The notes: generated by a model not told the origin, from the sequence alone. DNA of 64,000 bases from Octopus sinensis (GCF_006345805.1 NC_043007.1:22754001-22818000), one strand, 5' to 3'; shown: positions 24,050 to 37,000, numbered from the stretch's first letter. Program-made: numbers and translations.

Positions 24050-27000
24050 ATGTTGCCGTGGCCTGCCAAAGAAGTTTCTTTAATATGTCGCGGTCTTTCG
24101 GAGTCATCGGAACTTCCACTACTCGACTCCACCGAAGTTGTCAACTTGCATGGCAACGATTTTACAGTGATCTCCACACAACTATCCAACTTGCTCTACC
24201 TCAGGGAACTTGACCTGTCGTCCAACAGAATTTCAAGCATGAAAGCACTCAGTAATCTCAGAATGCTCCGAATATTGAACCTTTCGTGCAATTTCATCCG
24301 AAAGGTGGAAGGTATGGCATCGCTCTCATCTCTCCTAATTTTAAACCTCAGCCATAATCAAATTGAGGACGTTAGTGGGTTTAAAGAGGTAAGCGGGAGT
24401 GATTATTCCCTGAGTGTTGTTTCTCTTTACGATAACAGGATTGCTAACTTAAGTCATCTGGTTACTTCTCTGAGAGATTGCTCCAATATCCGCTGCCTTA
24501 CTTTAGAACAAGACGATCTGACCAATCCGGTTTGCAGCCAAATTGACTATCGGCAGCGACTCCTTTCGCGATTAACTCAGATCCTTGTTTTGGATAATGT
24601 CTCCAGAAGCGGTGAAATCCTAAGAATAGGTGATATCCCTGGTATTGCTTTACGAAACCCTGGCTCGAGTGTAGATTTCCCCGTCTCTGTGGGCCCAAGT
24701 TCCTACGACTCCTTTAAAAGTCAGTCTGGCCGTTTCGACAGTAAAACCCCCAGAAGTAGTATGGATTCACAATCTCTGTGCGAAATAAAGACGCCCCAAA
24801 TCGATCTTGTTATGGAGAAATATAAATATAAATACTATTCCGATAATGGTTCTGATTCAGGGAATAACTTGCGAAACTCGGAGAACGATGAATTTAATGG
24901 CCCTCCTGGGACGTCTAGTTTAAGTATGGAATCAACGAGGGGTGAAAGTCTGACAATAGAACCTCACAACAGCAGTAATGATAGTAATGCTTTGAGAAAG
25001 AGTAATGGAACTAGTGAAATATTGCCAAAGGCTAAGGAAAGGTCAAGCAAGATTGCTAAACCGACTAAGGTTTCTGCTAAACCAGTGCAGAAACCTCTCA
25101 AAACTTGTATCAAAAGTAAAAACCCCAGTGAGAACCCGTCAAAGCCGAATCTTTGCAGCAGTAAGCAAGCGGACTCTCGTGCTGGTGGTAAAAAGTCAGG
25201 AGTAAAAGTTGATAATGAAGTTCAGCAGAGTGATAAGGAGTACAGGGATGTGATTGAAAGTACGTACAAGCATTTGATTGAAGAACTCGCAGAGGAACGG
25301 TCTCGCTGCTGGAAAGCTGAGCAGGCTTTAAAAGAAATGACCGCTTCTGTGAACCACGCCAGGGCAAGTTCACAAGAAATAAAGACACAGTACGAAAGAT
25401 TGATTCAAGAAAACAACCACTTAAAAGAGTGTTTTGACAAAGAAAAAATGCATAACGTAAATCTGGAGCAAAAAATTAGCTCTATGGACCAAAAACTTGA
25501 GGATCTCCAGCAAAAACTAAATGCAGCAAAAGAAAACAGTGAAAGTCAGAAAGCTCTTTTATCAGAAGTTCAATCTGCTGCTATCGAAAGAGAAAACCAT
25601 CATATGAAAATATTAAATGAAGAGAGAAAACGGTTTGAAAAGGAGCGCCAACTTTCAGCCGTTGCAACAAAGCACTCTGGTGACTTAAAGAGTTCTGTGA
25701 CTTCTTTACAAAAACAAGTTACCGAACTGCAACAGTTGCTGGCATCTCGGGAACTTGAACACAAAGATGAACTGCGTGACAGGTTTAAATTAGGCAGTAA
25801 AGAGCTTCGCAGTGTGATCGAAAGGGAGTTGAAACATGTTAAATTGCAATATGAAGATCGCATGAAGCTTCAGGCTGAACGCACTGAAATGATGGAGAAG
25901 CATTATAAGAACGTAGAGAAGGAGTTGAATGATGCTTTGCAGCTTGAGTCAGGCCAAGTGAATCAACTTGAACTTGCTTGTGATTCAATTGTGAAAGAAA
26001 ACGAGCTCAATAAACAGGCTTTAATTGCTGCTCAGATGAGGGACAAGAAAAAGAGTGAAACCCTTTCACAGTTGACAAATGTTGTTAAGAAACAAAAGGA
26101 TCAGATTTCAGATCTCTTGAAATCGGAACAAGAAATGACTTCCAAACACAAACAACAAATGGAAGATGCTAATCAGCATCTGGCAGAGATGCAGAAGAGA
26201 GCAACTCAAAGTGACAAATTAAAGCACGACTGTTTGACATATCAAGCTCAGATTGAAGCGCAAGAGTCACTTATTGTGGGTTTGCGTGCTGAACGGAAGG
26301 TTTGGGAGAATGAACTTGCTCAACAAGGGACTTCTCTTGCTCAAGATCGTGGTCGGCTCGAAGTCAAGTTGGAATCTCTTGAAGTCGAAATTGAGTGTCT
26401 GAAGAAGCAGCTGAAATCTGAGGTAGATACAGTAAAAATAAAGACGAAAATCATCGATGACCAGGCTGAATCAATAAGATCCCTGAAAGCAGAGTTGCAC
26501 CAGAAGGATGAATTAATAAAGGGTATCCGTGAAGATGCTTACAAGGCACAAAAAAAGATTGAAGATGAACTGATGCTTGAACAGGACGCCAGACAAGAAA
26601 GCCAGTTTACAATTGAAAAACTTGAAGATCGTAAAGCAGAACTGAAAGGCCAACTTGCCGAAGTGGTAAAAGACCTCGAAAGATCTCAGAATGCTCATTA
26701 TTTGTTAAAAGAGCATTGGAAAGAAAAATCTGATTTGATTGGTACTTTAGAAACTCAGGTAAAGCAAGCGAAATCGATTTGGGAGAACAAAGAAAAAAAT
26801 TTACTGGAGGCTTGTGAGAAAGCGAAAAGTGAACTGAAAAAAAATGAAGAGAAAATGTCCAAAATGGACAGTTTGTTCCGACAACAGTTGGATGATAAGG
26901 AAAGTGCACACCAAAAAGCCCTGTCTCAGTTGGCCAAAGATCAGCAACTGGAATTAGACAATGCTCACCGAAGAATTCTAGATCTTGAAGATGAGATGAG

Positions 27001-27091
27001 GGAAATTTTGAAAGAGAGTAATAGTGTACAAGCCAAAATGTCCAAACTTGCTATTTTCTTTGGTAACATGGCACCGGAAATCAATAGATGA
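24050..27091 (+). CDS. LRRCC1: Leucine-rich repeat and coiled-coil domain-containing protein 1 (CLERC/VFL1 family centriolar protein), single uninterrupted ORF, 1013 aa
   Basis: 3042-bp stop-free ORF. N-terminal SDS22-like LRRs (LRELDLSSNRISSM, LRILNLSCNFIRKVEG, LLILNLSHNQIEDV) and an LRR cap (LEQDDLTNPVC..YR), a low-complexity linker, then about 600 aa of coiled coil. The segment ESLIVGLRAERKVWENELAQQGTSLAQDRGRLE...KIIDDQ closely matches vertebrate LRRCC1 as recalled. Identification is by recognition, not a search. Confidence 0.9.
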   Translation: MLPWPAKEVSLICRGLSESSELPLLDSTEVVNLHGNDFTVISTQLSNLLYLRELDLSSNRISSMKALSNLRMLRILNLSCNFIRKVEGMASLSSLLILNLSHNQIEDVSGFKEVSGSDYSLSVVSLYDNRIANLSHLVTSLRDCSNIRCLTLEQDDLTNPVCSQIDYRQRLLSRLTQILVLDNVSRSGEILRIGDIPGIALRNPGSSVDFPVSVGPSSYDSFKSQSGRFDSKTPRSSMDSQSLCEIKTPQIDLVMEKYKYKYYSDNGSDSGNNLRNSENDEFNGPPGTSSLSMESTRGESLTIEPHNSSNDSNALRKSNGTSEILPKAKERSSKIAKPTKVSAKPVQKPLKTCIKSKNPSENPSKPNLCSSKQADSRAGGKKSGVKVDNEVQQSDKEYRDVIESTYKHLIEELAEERSRCWKAEQALKEMTASVNHARASSQEIKTQYERLIQENNHLKECFDKEKMHNVNLEQKISSMDQKLEDLQQKLNAAKENSESQKALLSEVQSAAIERENHHMKILNEERKRFEKERQLSAVATKHSGDLKSSVTSLQKQVTELQQLLASRELEHKDELRDRFKLGSKELRSVIERELKHVKLQYEDRMKLQAERTEMMEKHYKNVEKELNDALQLESGQVNQLELACDSIVKENELNKQALIAAQMRDKKKSETLSQLTNVVKKQKDQISDLLKSEQEMTSKHKQQMEDANQHLAEMQKRATQSDKLKHDCLTYQAQIEAQESLIVGLRAERKVWENELAQQGTSLAQDRGRLEVKLESLEVEIECLKKQLKSEVDTVKIKTKIIDDQAESIRSLKAELHQKDELIKGIREDAYKAQKKIEDELMLEQDARQESQFTIEKLEDRKAELKGQLAEVVKDLERSQNAHYLLKEHWKEKSDLIGTLETQVKQAKSIWENKEKNLLEACEKAKSELKKNEEKMSKMDSLFRQQLDDKESAHQKALSQLAKDQQLELDNAHRRILDLEDEMREILKESNSVQAKMSKLAIFFGNMAPEINR

Positions 27092-27501
27092 TTTCAGAAA
27101 TTTTCACACGTCTATATACAGATGGGTGATAAATGTATTAGGGTAGACCCAAGTAAACATCAACAAGTTGCCCTATTTTTGGTGTGGAAGTAAAAAGATA
27201 TTTGATGCAGTATAATAATGTACCTCAAGTACTGCAGATTGGAATTGAATTGAATAGGAACACAGCTTCAATCTAAAGGATAAATTAACAAGAGATAAAA
27301 AATAGCAGCACAAAGTGAGGTATTGAACATTTAAGAAAAGAACAGAACTGAGATCCAATAAGCAAGATAACTAAGATGGCGAGCTAGCAGAGTTGTTAGC
27401 ATGTCAGGCAAAATGCATAGCACCTGCCTGCATATTCTGAGATCAAATTCTGCCAAGGTTGACTTTGCCTTTCACCCTTTCAGGGTCAATAGAATAAGTA
27501 C

Positions 27502-27912
27502 CTATTTCTTTATTACTCACAAGGGGCTAAACATAGAGGTGACAAACAAGGACAGACACAGGTATTAAGTCGATTAGATCGACCCCAGTGCGTAACTGGT
27601 ACTTAATTTATCGACCCCGAAAGGATGAAAGGCAAAGTCGACCTCGGGGGAATTTGAACTCAGAACGTAATGGCAGATGAAATACCTATTCTTTACTACC
27701 CACAAGGGGCTAAACACAGAGGAGACAAACAAGGACAGACATAGGTATTAAGTCAATTACATCGACCCCGGTGTGTAACTGGTACTTAATTTATCGACCC
27801 CAAAAGGATGAAAAGCAAAGTCGACCTCGGCGGAATTTGAACTTGAACATAGCAGCAGACGAAATACCGCTAAGCATTTCGCCCGGAGGGCTAACGTTTC
27901 TGCCAGCTCACC
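27502..27912 (-). mobile_element. SINE family B dimer
   Basis: Same GAAATA|GGTATT junction on the minus strand. Confidence 0.8.
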
Positions 27913-30224
27913 GCTCCCAGTTCAGCACTGGGGCCAATGTAACTGACTTAGCCCCTTCCCCCAAAACTGCCAAAATTTGAAACCAATAAGCTAAATAACT
28001 GATTTGATTTAACTGTGAGTAACATAACAGATTATTCTGTCAAGTATAATGCTTATTTATTCACATTGTTTTAAACTGGATTATGTATTATCTCATACTT
28101 TTTAGATTTCAAAGATGTGATAATTTATTTTTGAGAATGACATTGCAGGGTAGTTGTGAGAGGCCAGATATGGCCATTCTGAAGATGAAACAATATTTGA
28201 GCCTAATACATATATATAGAAATACTGCCAAATCAGACTGGAGCCTGGTGCAGCCTCCATGGCTTACCAGACCCCAGTCGAACCGTCCAACCCATGCTAG
28301 CATGGAAAACGGACGTTAAATGATGATGATGATAATATATATATATGTATGTATATGTATATATATATGTGTGTATACATGTATTATATATAGTGAGAAA
28401 TGTAATGTATATATTTTTATAAATTAAATTCTGAAATTTGTAAATCATTAATGAACTGTTTTATATATATACAGACACACACACACACACACACACTCAC
28501 TCTCTCTCTCTCTCTTCTCACTCACACACACACACACACACATATACACACAGAGCAATGAGTATTTGGTCTGTCATCTTTATAACTTTCACTACAGTAC
28601 TGGTTATCTCTGGCTGTCTTCAGTTTTTTCTTTCTCTGCCATAGATATCTAGTGGCCTCGGTTGGCCGTGCTTGAAAAGACATCTTCAATGAAACCAAAC
28701 AAATGACCCAGCCTATGTTTATTGCTATGATTTAATCAATGAAGAAAGGGCTACACTCTTGCTCTTTTAACAGGGACTTCTGAGATTAGCTAGATGAAGG
28801 CATGAAGTCTTCTTCTTCTTCTTCAAATCAAGACTCATGCCATTAGACACAAAGAATAATCTCTAATTCAAGCCTACTCTAAGCTATTAAGAATGCGTGT
28901 GGTAACTTGAAGATCCACCCACCACACGCAATAGACTGACTGTCTGGGAATCGAAACTGCATTCTTACGACCACGAGTCTGCTGCCCTAACCACTGGGCC
29001 ATTGCACCTCCAGGTAAGAAGTTATCCTCAGACCAGAGACCGTGGTTCAAAGTCACTTTGTGGAGCCAGGTGGTGGGTGTTATACTAGCCAATGGATCAG
29101 TCTGGCTTTGTGCATGGATTTAGCTATAATCCCAAGGTCATGCATTCCAGGTATATCATACTTCAGTCTGATATGACTCATAAGGCTGGTTACCCAGTTT
29201 CTGTGGTGTATATATTGCCCCTGGATGGGATGCCAATCTGTTGCAGGGTTACTCACTTTTGCCAGCAGAGTGGACTGGTGGAATGTGAAATCAAGTGTTT
29301 TGCTCAAGAACACAACATCATTACCCAGTCCAGGAATTGAAATCATAATCTTATGATCACGAATCCAACACCCTAACCACCAAGCCACACGTCTCCTCCA
29401 CAAAAGAAAGGGACACATTGGATAATGTATTCATAGATATTCTTCGACAAGGTAGAACTACCATAACTGGAATGCTATTGGTTATGAGTTTGTCTGATCG
29501 GGATTATCCTGGGCCTAAAAACAACAACAACAATAACAATAACAACACCACCACCACCAACAACAACAGTAATCTTTCATTTCTCCAGAAATGACAAAAT
29601 ATGTACCAGTTATTTACTGGAGTTGTGCTTGGTCGAAGAAATCTTTATTTTTCTTTACTGATGAACCCATCTTGGCTATTTATATGAAATAAAAATTATA
29701 TATTTTTAAAATTTCTTGCTTCTTGTTTATATTTATGTTTCATATATATGTATGTGTCTTATATACTATCTGATACCATGTATTTGGTATTTGTGTTATA
29801 TAGTATTTATACCATATCCCACCTAATATATTTTGTACTGTATATATATGTATGTATGTATGTATGCATGTATGTATGTATGTATGTATGTATATATATA
29901 TATATATATATATGACCGTCTTCATTCAGTTTCCATCTCAAACGCAGGATAATGCCAATAATATAGCCTGAACAGGATAAACTACCCCTATTTTGCAGGA
30001 AAAAGTGTTAGCGGCCAGCTGTGGCCGCCAACAGACAAAATTTATAATATATATACATATATATATATGTATGTATGTGTATATATATATGTATGTATAT
30101 ATATATGTTTGTCCAGGATAGGACTACACAGCCACTGCAGGAAATGTATCAGGACATGAAATGTAAAAGCCGGACTGGACTATTTTATGCGCAACTCCAT
30201 TGTCTCCCGAGACAAAAAGGATGC

Positions 30225-30272
<48 letters not shown>

Positions 30273-30433
30273 ATATATATATTACACCCCTCACATTCAC
30301 ACCCACACATTAACCATAACAACCCTTATCAACATTCCTCAACTGATCTTTTATGACCTCTTGTGATCTATATATGTGCGTGTCTGTGTGTGTAATCCTG
30401 CCTGTATGTATGCATATGTATATCTATATGTGC

Positions 30434-30467
<34 letters not shown>

Positions 30468-31293
30468 GCGTGCGCACACACGTAGTTTGCTTAAAACATT
30501 GTGATGCCGGAGTAAAATAAAGAAGACGGAGTGGGGTGGCTTCTAGATTGCGAATAGGGAGATTTAAGCATTAATCCATCCGTTCGTCCGTCCGTCCGTA
30601 CATAAATACATACATTTGTAAATATATATCTACATCTGTCTGTTTGTCTATCAATCTATATATGATAAATTTCTATCATACTTCTCGTCCTTCCCCACAA
30701 CATAATCCCATCCGACTGAACACCTCACACAAAATCTTCCATACAAATACAGCAAAGACCAATTTTATGTATCACCATCTTACTGCAACCGAGTTTCAAA
30801 ATGCCGGCATCTACAATAAATACGTCTGTTTTTTTGTCTCTCTTCATCGCCATCTATTTCCCACATTCTTTCCTACAAACACTCCTCTATATTTCATTAT
30901 CATATATTCCACGGGTCGATAACACAAAAAGCTCAAGGGTAAATAAATAGCTTAGCAGTAAAAATTATCTACAATTAGGTGTAGTTTGTTCAGTAGCAGA
31001 TTTGATCCGAGATCGTTTGTAAAAAAAATGGATCTATTGTATCGTGTTTGTATTAGTCACATGATACACATAAATATATCCAGTTTTGTTTTATTTTGTT
31101 ATAGTAATGCCTTCACAGTGTTTACCGTTCGACAAAATTAAATTAGAAAACTGGACAAAACAGAGAATAGAACTGAAAAAGTAAAAAATAAAAAATAAAA
31201 ATAAAGAGAGAAAGAAAAATGAGAAAAAAGAAAAAAACCCAAAACAATTCACCACCTTCGGTTGAAAAGTTTGGGACACTGGGAAACCTTTCT

Positions 31294-31493
31294 TATTTCT
31301 TTACTGTCCACAAGGGGCTACACACAGAGGAGACAAACAAGGACAGACAAAAGGATTAAGTCGATTATATCGACCCCGAAAGGATGAAAGGCAAAGTCGA
31401 CCTCGGCGGAATTTGAACTCAGAACGTAACGCCAGACGAAATACCGCTAAGCCTTTCGCCCGGGGTGCTAACGTTTCTGCCAGCTCGCCGCTA
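31294..31493 (-). mobile_element. SINE family B monomer with 12-bp TSD GGAAACCTTTCT
   Basis: TSD at 31282-31293 and 31494-31505. Confidence 0.9.
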
Positions 31494-31499
31494 GGAAAC

Positions 31500-32860
31500 C
31501 TTTCTGATGGCTATTGAGGCACGCTTGCAGCGTTGCTGCGGGTGATGGCTGAACAGCTAAGCGCCCTCACGAACTGGAACAGCCAAACGCCCTCACGAGC
31601 CTCACCAGTTACCTCTGCGAGGCGAGTTGCCAGTGAAGACAGGAATCTCACAGTTCGTGGTCCGTCTCCACCAAACGTCTCGAATGCCCACAGGATGGAA
31701 AATGTAGTTGGCCAACAGATCGCGGTATTTCAGGATTTTGTTCCGTTCGACCGCAGAAGCTGTGGATCTCGTCCTGACCGCAGCATTCAGGACGTGAGAA
31801 GACGCAAAGGAGTCGCTAACTGTGACATCTCAGACAAGGCATCTGCATTGCGACCAGGGGCACAGGGTGAGGCCGCTAGGTCTCTTTCCATCACATCTGA
31901 ACAATCCAGATGGTTCTAAAATATTTACCCGGGCCAGGCTCCTCTTGAGTACCAGGTTCAACTCTGTATGACGCGCGAAGCGACCAGCATTCAGGCGGCA
32001 AGAAAGGTCATGGGTGCCTGCGGAGTCGAGGAGCCTGTCACAACGACAGATCAAACCAGTGCATACGTCAGCTCCAACTCTGAGGTCAATGGAGACACAA
32101 AGTTCGTCCAAGCTGAGTAGGCCACCAACATTAGCCACAGGGATGGCATCAATCCAGTCACCTGAGTATTTGGCACTAGCAGACTGTAAGCGGCACCTTG
32201 AAAACTGGTCCAACTGGATGAAGAGGGAGTCGAAGGTGGCCTTCAAAATTATTTTGTTCCATGCTCTCTGACTCCGACAGTTCTCCACCTTCTCAGGAGC
32301 AGACAAGCCCAATTCCCTCCAGTATTAGAGAGTTTCATCCAACTCCCTGTTGGAACTGGTTCATGTTGGAGAGGAGAGGATGTTGCTTACCAGGGTGGAG
32401 GAAAGGAAGCAGAGGAGAGAGTGGGACGAACACTTACGAAGACCAAGACTTCCAAATCGCTTGGTCAATGCAGCCTGGTCGCAGGACGTTGGAGAGAGTC
32501 TGACATTGACTAAGCATTCGAGTCTCTCAAAGATTAGGTTGTCGAGGCGTTGGAGGCACGATAGGAATCGGTAAGATGAGCTGACTCTGAGTAAATACAG
32601 AAGCTTAGGGATCGAGAGGTAATTCCTAAGTATGAAAAAACCTTGATGGGGTCCGATAACTTCAATATTCTTCAGCATTTGCTCATGGGCAGCCACCTTC
32701 GACTGTGTGATGGACTCAAAGGCAAAGGTCAGTGATTGGGGCTCCCAGAGACCACCAAACCGATGGGGGAGGAACTGCAATGGAAGGGAAGGACTCTGCA
32801 AAAAGGTCAATTGTTGGTTGATGTTGAGAAACCGGTAGGGTGAGGATCCAGAGCTCACAT
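31500..32860 (-). mobile_element. CRE-clade (restriction-like endonuclease) non-LTR retrotransposon 3' fragment, frameshifted
   Basis: H..FFILRNYLSIPKLLYLLR; QAAL..RFGSLGLR; SGDWIDAIP; zinc knuckle C.C....D..GTH.LSC; RH..LN..LKRSL..LEP.GL.R.DGKRP.GLTL.PW; DVTVSDSFASS; ETFG. Confidence 0.8.
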
Positions 32861-33082
32861 TTGGAGCTCCCCACCCATCATATTTACAATGACGAAAACC
32901 CTTGTCAAAGTGTTTCGTTGAGCCTTCGCAAACTGGTGTCTACAGACCATACGTATTTTTATGGAATCTGTTGCAGGATATTTTGTTGGACAGATCTTAC
33001 AGGATGCGGAGAGTAATTTTACGCTTTGCAGCTCAAAACAACAACACCCCACACACACGCACATACACAACACGCGCGCGCG

Positions 33083-33117
<35 letters not shown>

Positions 33118-33219
33118 TATATATATATATAATTATATATATATATATATTATATGATTGTATGTATGTATAATACGCAGCATGGCCACAGCCTTACGAC
33201 TGAGACATAAAAGAATAAA

Positions 33220-33251
<32 letters not shown>

Positions 33252-33301
33252 GCATTTACATATACACACACACACATATACATACATATATGTGTGCGCG
33301 C

Positions 33302-33346
<45 letters not shown>

Positions 33347-33371
33347 TACAACCTACAAAATATTCACAGAA

Positions 33372-33409
33372 CTGTTACTCAGAGTTTCAAGATCTTGTTC
33401 ATCAGACAG
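33372..33409 (-). ncRNA. Minimal hammerhead-like motif with intact CUGAUGA core (left arm of second fold-back copy)
   Basis: Minus strand ctgt-CTGATGA-ACAAGATCTT-GAAA-CTCTGAG-TA-acag; stem I ctgt/acag pairs; stem II degenerate. Confidence 0.55.
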
Positions 33410-33416
33410 AACAGTT

Positions 33417-33454
33417 CTGTTCGATGAACGGGAACTTGAAACTCTGAGTAACTG
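33417..33454 (+). ncRNA. Degenerate hammerhead-like motif (right arm of second fold-back copy)
   Basis: ctgt-TCGATGA-ACGGGAACTT-GAAA-CTCTGAG-TA-actg. Confidence 0.4.
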
Positions 33455-33847
33455 TTCTGTGAATATTTTGCAGCTTTTATAATAAAGCATATTACTCTAC
33501 CCTTGGTATTCGAGCACTATTTTTTCCACCTTGTTTTGCATTTATGTGCCTACCTAAAAATATTTTCTTTTGTTATTTTAAAACACTTTTAATAATAATA
33601 ATAATTGAGCATATGTGGTCTGATTCTATACTGAGAGGAGTGACATTTATTGTGAAAATCAAATAGATTGGACACACACCACACACACACACAGACAACC
33701 GCGCGTGCGCGTATATGAATGTAGGTTAACACACAACACACACATATATATATACACACTTGTATGTATGTGTATGCTTTTATTCGCACCCGTTGCTTCT
33801 ATGTATTTCTGTATATACATACATTTATGCATTCACCCACCCATCCA

Positions 33848-33879
<32 letters not shown>

Positions 33880-33885
<6 letters not shown>

Positions 33886-34519
33886 AATGCGTATATACAT
33901 TCCATACATACATGCGTACATATACACATACATACATACATATACATATACATATATACATACATATACATATATGCATACATACATACACATATACATA
34001 CATGCATGCACAAACATACATACATACATACACACACAAATGCATACACAAATACATGCATACATACACACACATACATGCACACATACAGACATACATA
34101 CATACATAATACATACATACATACATACATACATACATACATACATACACACATAATACATACATACATACATACATACAGACATACACACACATACATG
34201 CACACATACATACATGCATACATACATACACACACATACATGCACACATACATACATACATACATACATACATACATACATACATACATACATACAGACA
34301 TACATACACACATAATACATACATACACACACACACATACATGCACACACACATACATGCACACATACATACATACATACATACATACATACATACATAC
34401 ATACATACATACACACATAATACATACATACATACACACACATACATGCACACACACATACATGCACACATAAATACATACATACATACATACATTCGTA
34501 CATACACACATACATACAT

Positions 34520-34550
<31 letters not shown>

Positions 34551-34909
34551 TATACATACCTACACACATGCATTCATACATACATACACACATATACTAC
34601 ATACACGTTTGTACATGTATGGGAAGGGGGAAGGAAAGTTAGTGCAAAGTAATTAGATAAAGAATAATAGCGCAGCAGGACGGGAAACGTCCGTACGAGA
34701 CACAATGTCTGCGCAGATAAGGAGAGCAAAACTGCATCTGCAAGAGCGTGCTGTGTTTCGGGGTTGATGCGAAATTGCTTCTGATATTTTTTTCTGGTCT
34801 TTGGTTTGTGTTGTGTGTGTTGTGGGGGGGGGGCGGGACGAGGTTCATCGTTGAAGTATTGATTTGTAATGTAATGTCTGTTCAGCAATCGGAATATCTT
34901 TTGGTGTGA

Positions 34910-34953
<44 letters not shown>

Positions 34954-35254
34954 GTGTGTGTGAGTGTATGTGTATGTATGTATGTATGTATATATGTATG
35001 TATGTGTGTGTGTATGTATGTGTGTATGTGTGTGTATGTACGAGTGCATGTATATATGTATGTATGTGTGTGTGTATGTATATATATATATATGTATGTA
35101 TGTGTGTATGTGTGTATGTATGTGTGTGTGTATGTATGTATATATGTGTGTGTGTGCGTGTGTGTATTTATGTATGTATGTATGTATGTATGCATGTATG
35201 CATGTATGTATGGATGTATGTATGTATGTATGTGTGCGTGTATGAATGTATGTA

Positions 35255-35285
<31 letters not shown>

Positions 35286-35890
35286 ATGGTATGTATTATG
35301 TAGTATGTGTGTGTGTGTGTGTGTGTGTGTATGTATATAAGTACGCAAGCATGCACGCACACACACATGCATTGACATGGTGTCTCTACTTCGCGGAAAT
35401 TCAGTTATCGCGGCCAGTCTCGGAACCAATTTACCGCGATAAACGAGGGATCACTGTAATTGGTCCTGGGGTGGCTGTGTTGTTAAGCAGTTTGCTTTCC
35501 AACTACATGGCTTCAGGTTCAGTCCCACTGTGTGACACTGAAGGTACGTGTTTTTGCTTTTTTTTTTTACTATAGTAAAGTGCTGGCCAATGCCTAGTAA
35601 GTGAGTGGATTTGGTAGACGGGAACTGAAAATAAGTTAAATATGATTGTACGTACGTATGTATGCACATGCGTGGATGCATGTATGCTTATATGTATTCA
35701 TGTGTGTGTATGTATGTATGTATGTATGTATGTATGTATGTATGTATGTATGTATGTATGTATGTATGCATGCAACTGTTTGTATGTATGTATGTATGTA
35801 TGTATGTATGTATGTATGTATGTATGTATGTATGCATGCAACTGTTTGTATGTATGCATGCAACTGTTTGTATGTATGTATGTATACGAG
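33880..35890. repeat. (TACA)n then (TGTA)n tetranucleotide arrays in opposite orientation
   Basis: 33880-34610 TACA-rich; 34905-35350 and 35640-35890 TATG-rich. Confidence 0.9.
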
Positions 35891-36033
35891 TGCATGTATG
35901 TATATATGAGTGGGTATATATTTTGATGTTTCTTCTTGGCGTCGTATGGTTATTGTAAACGAGTGTCACTGTCATACAAGCTGTGCCATTTATTTCCAAA
36001 ATTCTGTTAAAGTATGTCTGGGACACGGAAATG

Positions 36034-36133
36034 NNNNNNNNNNNNNNNNNNNNNNNNNNNNNNNNNNNNNNNNNNNNNNNNNNNNNNNNNNNNNNNNNNN
36101 NNNNNNNNNNNNNNNNNNNNNNNNNNNNNNNNN
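36034..36133. other. Assembly gap (100 N)
   Basis: Run of exactly 100 N; true size unknown. Confidence 0.99.
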
Positions 36134-36336
36134 GCATGGAACTCATCAAGGAAGTAACTAGAGATCGTTCGTTGACCTGATGGCGTAAGGAAGGAAGTAA
36201 GGATTGCAGAACTGGACAAACAGTGGATATTTAGTTACATTTCTTGTACATTAAGCTCCGTAACAGAAAATTTTCCAGATAGAAAAATACGTTAATAGAT
36301 TTCTTTGCACAAGTAAAAAGTGTGCGTTATTAAAAT

Positions 36337-36560
36337 AACTGGCAGTATAGCTCGGCGTTGCTCGGGTTTATTTTCTTTACGACCCTTTAGAATTGGAATT
36401 TTTGAAAAGTAAAGATTTTGCATTATGTAGCTTGTTATTCTCTTTAAGTGAACATTTTTCTGGTTGAAATACACCGAAAAATGGTGACACAGTAGTCAAA
36501 AAATCGTAAAAAATTTACGATAAGCTGAAATAAAAGATTTTATAGTTCACGGTTAGCAAC
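36337..36560 (+). mobile_element. Partial second copy of the 2770-3157 family
   Basis: AACTGGCAGTATAGCTCGGCGTTGCTCGGG then AATTGGAATTTTTGAAAAGTAAA...TGAAATACACCGAAAAAT shared. Confidence 0.55.
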
Positions 36561-36732
36561 TAGGGTCGCTATGTATGCGAATAAGAATCCAAATTTAGGG
36601 AGGGAGTCTCCCTCGTTAGAACCCAACAGAGAGACCGTCTATCGTAGTGGACAGCAGAATGGTAGGTAAAGCAATTAAAGACATAAAAACCCTGGTCAAC
36701 CTGCTCCATTGCATCAATATGGATTACGCACG

Positions 36733-36764
<32 letters not shown>

Positions 36765-36769
36765 CATAC

Positions 36770-36803
<34 letters not shown>

Positions 36804-36825
36804 CACACACACAATAACAACAAAT

Positions 36826-37000
36826 AGGCGCAGGAGTGGCTGTGTGGCATGTAGCTTGCTTACCAACCATATGGTTCTGGGTTCGGTCCGACTACGTGGC
36901 ACCTTGGTCAAGTGTCTTCTACTATAGCCTCGGGCAGACCAAAGCCTTGTGAGTGGATTTGGTTGAGAGAAACTGAAAGAAGGGCCCGTTCGTTATATAT

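Larger units (their letters stand above)
33357..33555 (-). mobile_element. Same fold-back family, copy 2
   Basis: Inverted repeat 33357-33469; reverse complement of 33480-33555 matches 4850-4920 (GCACATAAATG..AAACAAGGTGGAAAAAA..GTAGAGTAATATGCTTTATT). Confidence 0.55.

Noticed and set aside
24052-24065. GTTGCCGTGG as an RFX X-box half site for a centriolar gene
   Set aside because: Lies inside the coding start and the second half does not match
33705-35958. HTYI / MYVC repeat ORFs up to 264 aa
   Set aside because: TACA/TATG tetranucleotide arrays
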